Source: an uncultured Candidatus Saccharibacteria bacterium (GTDB taxonomy: Bacteria > Patescibacteriota > Minisyncoccia > Phycocordibacterales > CSBR16-193). Taken from it: a stretch of 45,588 bases of DNA. The translations under genes were made by a program, and so were the position numbers. The stretch covers positions 1 through 45,588 of the forward strand of contig CAZLGQ010000002.1 in assembly GCA_964559575.1 (NCBI GenBank), in the 5' to 3' direction. Positions 41,403-45,588 of the stretch are shown one piece after another (positions within the stretch are counted from its first letter, which is position 1; every line of letters starts with the position of its first letter). The notes under the pieces were generated by a model. It was not told where the DNA came from. It worked only from the letters and a program-made list of their open reading frames with translations, and ran no database searches.

Positions 41403-43697
41403 ATGGTAGAAAAAGGAAAACATGTTGATTTAACCAACCCGAAAAATGTTAAAGCTTTCATAAAGCAAGTAAAGAAACGTGACGGATCTTTAGTCCCGTT
41501 TGATTTAAACAGGATAGCTGATGCTATATATAAATCAATGCTTTCCGCTGAAGAAGGTTCTGATGTTGAAGCCAGTATGATAGCTAATAAGGTTTTTGCC
41601 GATCTTGTCAGAATAAGTAAGAAGTATAAAGATTTTATTCCCACAGTAGAAGGAATACAAGATACGGTGGAGAGAGAACTTATAGTGGGTGACTATATTC
41701 AGTCTGCTAAAAATTTTATTTTATATAGAGAAAAAAGAGCTCAAATAAGAAAAAAAGGTATAAGTGTTCCTGAAAAGGTAAAAAGATTAACTAAAGAAAG
41801 CAGAGAGTATTTAAAAGGGCCTTTAGCTGAATTCATATATTACCGAACTTACTCTCGTTGGATAGAAAAAGAAGGCAGGAGAGAGACATGGATAGAAACC
41901 GTAGATAGATATATGGATTTTATGAAAGAGAATTTGGGTGGATCTTTAACTAAAGAAGAGTATGAAGAAATAAGAGAGGCGATATTAAAACAAGATGTTA
42001 TGCCTTCTATGAGATTAATGTGGAGTGCTGGTCCGGCAGCAAGAAGAACTAATGTATGTGCTTATAACTGTTCTTTTATTGCCCCTACTAAATTAAAAGA
42101 TTTTGGTGAAATAATTTATCTTTCTATGTGTGGTACCGGTGTGGGTTTTTCTGTTGAAAGTCAGTATGTTGAATCGTTGCCTCAGATACAGAAACAGACC
42201 GGAGAAAAATTACCTACTCATGTTATAGGAGATAGTAAAGAAGGTTGGGCTGATGCTTTGGTTTTAGGTTTGGAAACATGGTTTTCCGGTAAAGATATAG
42301 ATTTTGATTATTCTCAAGTTCGTCCAAGTGGTTCAAAGTTAAAGACCATGGGAGGTAAAAGTTCCGGTCCGGAGCCTTTAATGGATCTTTTAAAATTTGC
42401 CAGAGAAAAAGTTCTTTCTAAACAAGGAAAAAGACTTTCAACCATAGATACACATGACATTATATGTAAAATAGGGCAGGTAGTTGTAGCCGGAGGGGTT
42501 AGGCGAAGTGCTTTAATATCTTTGTCTGATCTGGATGATCCGGCTATTAGAGATGCTAAAAAAGGTCAGTTTTATATATCAGAACCTCAAAGGGTGATGG
42601 CTAATAACTCTGCGGTTTATAATGAAAAACCGACTTCAACTGAATTTTTGGATGAGTGGATAGCTTTAATGAAATCTCAGTCCGGAGAAAGGGGGATATT
42701 TAACCGAGGGTCTCTTGAAAAACAACTTCCAAAAAGACGATGGGATGTTTTTAAAAAAGATGTTGATTTTTCAGGAACAAATCCTTGCGGTGAAATAGTT
42801 TTAAAATCTAAACAGTTTTGCAACCTGTCGGAGATAGTGGCTAGAGCTGAAGATACTAAAGAAGATCTGTTAAGAAAAGCTCGTTTGGCTGCTATTTTGG
42901 GAACTTATCAATCTTCTCTTACAAACTTTGGTTACCTTTCTGATGAGTGGGTTAAAAACTGTGAAGAGGAACGTCTGCTGGGAGTTTCTATTACAGGTCA
43001 ATGGGATTCAAAAGAGGTAAGAAAACCTGAAGTTCTTCAGAGTTTAAAAAAAGAAGCGATAAAGGCAAATAAAGAATATGCGAAAAGATTTGGTATTAAT
43101 CCTTCTACTGCGATTACATGTGTAAAACCATCCGGTACTGTATCCCAACTTGTTGATACTGCTTCCGGAATGCATCCAAGGTATGCTAAGTATTATATTA
43201 GAAGGATAAGAATATCTGTTACCGACTCTCTGTTTCATATGTTGAGAGATCAAGGTGTACCTTTTTATCCTGAAGTTGGTCAAACAGAAGATAATGCAAA
43301 TACTTATGTTTTGGAGTTTCCGGTTAAGGCCCCCGATGGAGCTATAACAAACGAAGATCTAAATTACAAAGATCAACTTGATCATTGGAAAAAAGTAAAA
43401 GAAAACTATACTGAACATAATCCTTCTGTGACTATTATGGTTGATGATAGTGAATGGATATCAACTGCTAATTGGATATACAATAATTGGGATATAATAG
43501 GTGGACTTTCTTTTTTACCAAAAAGTGATCATGTTTATAAACTGGCTCCATATGCAGAAATAGATGAAGAAAAGTATAAAGAGATGTCAAAAAGGTTTAC
43601 GGATATAGATTTTTCAAAGATAGTTACGTATGAAGGAGATGATAATACCGAAGGAGCTAAAGAGTATGCTTGTGTAGCAGGAGGGTGTTCTATTTAG
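41403..43697 (+). CDS. nrdJ: Adenosylcobalamin-dependent (class II) ribonucleotide reductase with N-terminal ATP-cone
   Basis: ATP-cone (VKKRDGSLVPFDLNRIADAIYK), YYRTYSRW segment, thiyl-radical loop TNPCGEI, C-terminal redox pair CVAGGC. 764 aa. Confidence 0.85.
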   Translation: MVEKGKHVDLTNPKNVKAFIKQVKKRDGSLVPFDLNRIADAIYKSMLSAEEGSDVEASMIANKVFADLVRISKKYKDFIPTVEGIQDTVERELIVGDYIQSAKNFILYREKRAQIRKKGISVPEKVKRLTKESREYLKGPLAEFIYYRTYSRWIEKEGRRETWIETVDRYMDFMKENLGGSLTKEEYEEIREAILKQDVMPSMRLMWSAGPAARRTNVCAYNCSFIAPTKLKDFGEIIYLSMCGTGVGFSVESQYVESLPQIQKQTGEKLPTHVIGDSKEGWADALVLGLETWFSGKDIDFDYSQVRPSGSKLKTMGGKSSGPEPLMDLLKFAREKVLSKQGKRLSTIDTHDIICKIGQVVVAGGVRRSALISLSDLDDPAIRDAKKGQFYISEPQRVMANNSAVYNEKPTSTEFLDEWIALMKSQSGERGIFNRGSLEKQLPKRRWDVFKKDVDFSGTNPCGEIVLKSKQFCNLSEIVARAEDTKEDLLRKARLAAILGTYQSSLTNFGYLSDEWVKNCEEERLLGVSITGQWDSKEVRKPEVLQSLKKEAIKANKEYAKRFGINPSTAITCVKPSGTVSQLVDTASGMHPRYAKYYIRRIRISVTDSLFHMLRDQGVPFYPEVGQTEDNANTYVLEFPVKAPDGAITNEDLNYKDQLDHWKKVKENYTEHNPSVTIMVDDSEWISTANWIYNNWDIIGGLSFLPKSDHVYKLAPYAEIDEEKYKEMSKRFTDIDFSKIVTYEGDDNTEGAKEYACVAGGCSI

Positions 43698-43720
43698 TAT
43701 TTAAAATGTATTAAGAAGTT

Positions 43721-43755
43721 AAACAAAAGAGTCCAAAGGACTCTTTTGTTTTTTT
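43721..43755 (+). terminator. Rho-independent terminator of nrdJ
   Basis: aaacaaaagagtcc-aaa-ggactcttttgttt (14-bp stem) plus a T-run. Confidence 0.8.
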
Positions 43756-43781
43756 GATGTCAACATAATTTATATTTTATT

Positions 43782-45455
43782 ATGGTAAAATATTTACATA
43801 AACTGAACATGAGATACTTGAAGTATTATATTTTCTTACAAAAAAAACAGATATTAATATTTTTATTAATATTTTTTTCTTTTTTATCTATTCCTCAATA
43901 TTTATATTCATATACTTTTATAGATCAAAACTTTTCTATTACTTATCCTGTGTCTGAACTTGAGCCCTCAGCCGGTGATATTGTGGTTTTAAACAGGCAA
44001 ACAAATAATTTTAGACTTTCAATAACAGAAGGAAGTTCAAATGTTTTTGGTGTAGTTATAGAAGATCCGGCTTTGGTTTTTAGAACTGATTCGGATTCCG
44101 TACCGATCAAAAGAACCGGAGAGGTCGGAGTTAATGTTATTTTGAAAGATGGAGATATCAGAGTTGGAGATTATATTACCACTTCCAGGATCATAGGTCA
44201 TGGGCAGGTAGCGAAACCTCATCATCGATATATTGTAGGGATAGCAGTTGAAGATCTATTAGAGGATGATGTTGAAGATTCTATAACTTTATTAGATGAA
44301 CAGGAGTATCCTATTGGAAATGTGAGGGTTAATTTAAAAATAGGTAGGCATGGTTCCGGTGTTTTAAGTATACCCTCTGATGATTTTGAAAGGGAAGTCT
44401 CTATGGAAACAAGTGCTACTCAAATGTTTAGTGATAACTTGGGTACCTTTCAAACAATGGGGGATAATATAACTGAAGGTGCAAGAGATGTTTTTCAGAC
44501 TCGCGAAGGAGGTGTGGCTTCAAGGGTTGTTTCAACCGGGGGTATTGTAGCCGGTGCTTTTTATTTTATTCCCTCTTTTTTTCTTTCTCCTTTGGTAGTG
44601 TTTGAGATATTTCTTTTACCCCTAAGACTTTGGACTCTTACACTTGCTTTTTTTGGTATTAAAAGACGTTCTAGGCCTTGGGGTGTTGTTTATGACAGTA
44701 TAACCAAACAACCTATAGACCCGGCTTATGTTCAACTTGAAGATGATAAAGGTAACGATATTAAGACAGTAATAACCGATATAGATGGTAGATTTGGTTT
44801 TTTGTTAGAACCCGGAAAGTATAGAATAAAGGTAAACAAAACTAATTATATTTTTCCTTCGGAGAAGTTAAAAGGTAAAAGGTCAGATGATATTTATAAT
44901 GATCTTTATTTTGGAGAAATTTTAAGTGTAAATGAAAGGAATGCTGTTTTGAGTAAGAATATTCCAATGGATCCGGTTGACTTTGATTGGAATGAATTTA
45001 CCAAAGCTAAAAAGAACGTTATGAGTTACTACTCTCCTATGGATTTTTTCAAGGCGGTCATTTTTAAATGGTTGTTTTTTATTGGTTTTATTATTGCTGT
45101 TTTGGCTTTGTTTTTAATACCTAATATTTATAATATAGTTATAGTTACTTTATATGTTTTTCTTTTCTTTATTCGTATGTTGGGTATAAAAACCCGTCGT
45201 TATGGAAGAGTACTTGAAGAAGGAACAAACCGTCCTATGTCCTATGCCGTGGTAAAGGTGTGTTTGGCTAAAAACGGAAAAGAGGTTTCTAAAGCGGTAT
45301 GTGATAAAAATGGTAAGTATTTTGCTTTGGTTTCAAATGGTAATTATTATGTCAATATAGATAGTAAAGTAGGAGAGGATGAGTATGAAATGGTTTATAC
45401 TTCTGATTCTTTTGAAGTAAACAACGGAATAATAAATAAAAACTTCAAAGTTTAA
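43782..45455 (+). CDS. Large unknown membrane protein: N-terminal anchor, beta-rich exodomain, and two carboxypeptidase-regulatory-like (CarboxypepD_reg/Ig-like) domains alternating with TM clusters
   Basis: 557 aa with hydrophobic clusters at about aa 23-40, 250-295 and 425-470. WGVVYDSITKQPIDPAYVQLEDDKGNDIKTVITDIDGRFGFLLEPGKYRI and YGRVLEEGTNRPMSYAVVKV..NGKEV.KAVCDKNGKYFALVSNGNYYV fit the CarboxypepD_reg pattern. Confidence 0.5.
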   Translation: MVKYLHKLNMRYLKYYIFLQKKQILIFLLIFFSFLSIPQYLYSYTFIDQNFSITYPVSELEPSAGDIVVLNRQTNNFRLSITEGSSNVFGVVIEDPALVFRTDSDSVPIKRTGEVGVNVILKDGDIRVGDYITTSRIIGHGQVAKPHHRYIVGIAVEDLLEDDVEDSITLLDEQEYPIGNVRVNLKIGRHGSGVLSIPSDDFEREVSMETSATQMFSDNLGTFQTMGDNITEGARDVFQTREGGVASRVVSTGGIVAGAFYFIPSFFLSPLVVFEIFLLPLRLWTLTLAFFGIKRRSRPWGVVYDSITKQPIDPAYVQLEDDKGNDIKTVITDIDGRFGFLLEPGKYRIKVNKTNYIFPSEKLKGKRSDDIYNDLYFGEILSVNERNAVLSKNIPMDPVDFDWNEFTKAKKNVMSYYSPMDFFKAVIFKWLFFIGFIIAVLALFLIPNIYNIVIVTLYVFLFFIRMLGIKTRRYGRVLEEGTNRPMSYAVVKVCLAKNGKEVSKAVCDKNGKYFALVSNGNYYVNIDSKVGEDEYEMVYTSDSFEVNNGIINKNFKV

Positions 45456-45588
45456 TTTTTAAGAAGTTAACAGTAAGGTGCTTTTTGTAATTAAAAACAT
45501 AATATATAATGAAAGATAATCTGGAAAATCATTTTCTTTGTTTTATGTTTAAAAATTTAAAATTTTCAGTATTTGTATTTTTGGTTAT

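Noticed and set aside
23523-44225. More shadow ORFs: 23523-23714, 24170-24451, 28898-29086, 30758-30949, 31605-31829, 33005-33190, 33516-33713, 35209-35494, 35715-35900, 38269-38521, 39379-39591, 41387-41644, 43044-43283, 44037-44225
   Set aside because: Same reasoning: they are fully or mostly inside well-supported CDSs on the other strand or in another frame, with no independent signals.
1-45588. Alternative genetic code (UGA recoding, as in some CPR lineages)
   Set aside because: Several well-conserved genes end at UGA at the expected length (for example sufU at 5263-5265 and murD at 20403-20405). No conserved protein appears interrupted by in-frame UGA.
45509-45588. Possible start of another gene running off the window (ATG at 45509, or at 45545 giving MFKNLKFSVFVFLV...)
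   Set aside because: Only about 14-26 codons are visible, and a TATAAT hexamer overlaps the first ATG. That is too little sequence to support a call.

Overview
This is an AT-rich (about two-thirds A+T by eye), densely packed window using the standard genetic code (UGA is a stop). Gene content looks like a small-genome fermentative bacterium, most plausibly Patescibacteria/CPR; that assignment is inference, since no rRNA is present. In order, the window holds: the 3' part of a cation/H+ antiporter gene; a full SUF Fe-S operon (sufC-B-D-S-U-T); and an MsrQ/ferric-reductase-like haem membrane protein. Next comes a 12.5-kb minus-strand block with T-box-controlled aspS and nine co-directional genes for glycerate -> 2-PG -> PEP -> pyruvate -> acetyl-CoA -> acetate + ATP. 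After that: tRNA-Leu(CAG); murD and murC, three non-mur genes (a small membrane protein, a DUF4015-type hydrolase and a soluble TraD/VirD4-like ATPase), then murB; a 67-aa lysine-rich H1-like repeat protein; secA; DedA and AI-2E-type membrane proteins; and an archaeal-looking glycogen cluster (glycogen synthase-like GT, GH57, unknown 146-aa protein, GH15). The window ends with a holin-IV-family membrane protein, a MYG1-family hydrolase, obg, gatB, RNase P RNA (minus strand), a DUF192 protein, B12-dependent class II RNR (nrdJ) and a large unknown membrane protein. I saw no CRISPR array, transposase, integrase, prophage or recognisable defence genes, and I cannot point to a convincing new multi-gene system. 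The most notable observations are: (1) a hand-foldable T-box riboswitch on aspS; (2) a promoter layout (-10 hexamer 6-7 nt before the ATG) at five operon heads, pointing to leaderless mRNAs, together with a near-total lack of Shine-Dalgarno motifs; (3) the single-string glycerate-to-acetate module with PEP synthase where pyruvate kinase would be expected; (4) the tandem-repeat H1-like protein; (5) the unknown genes inside the mur and glycogen clusters; and (6) the unusual 557-aa membrane protein. All family calls come from motif recognition by eye; no searches were run.
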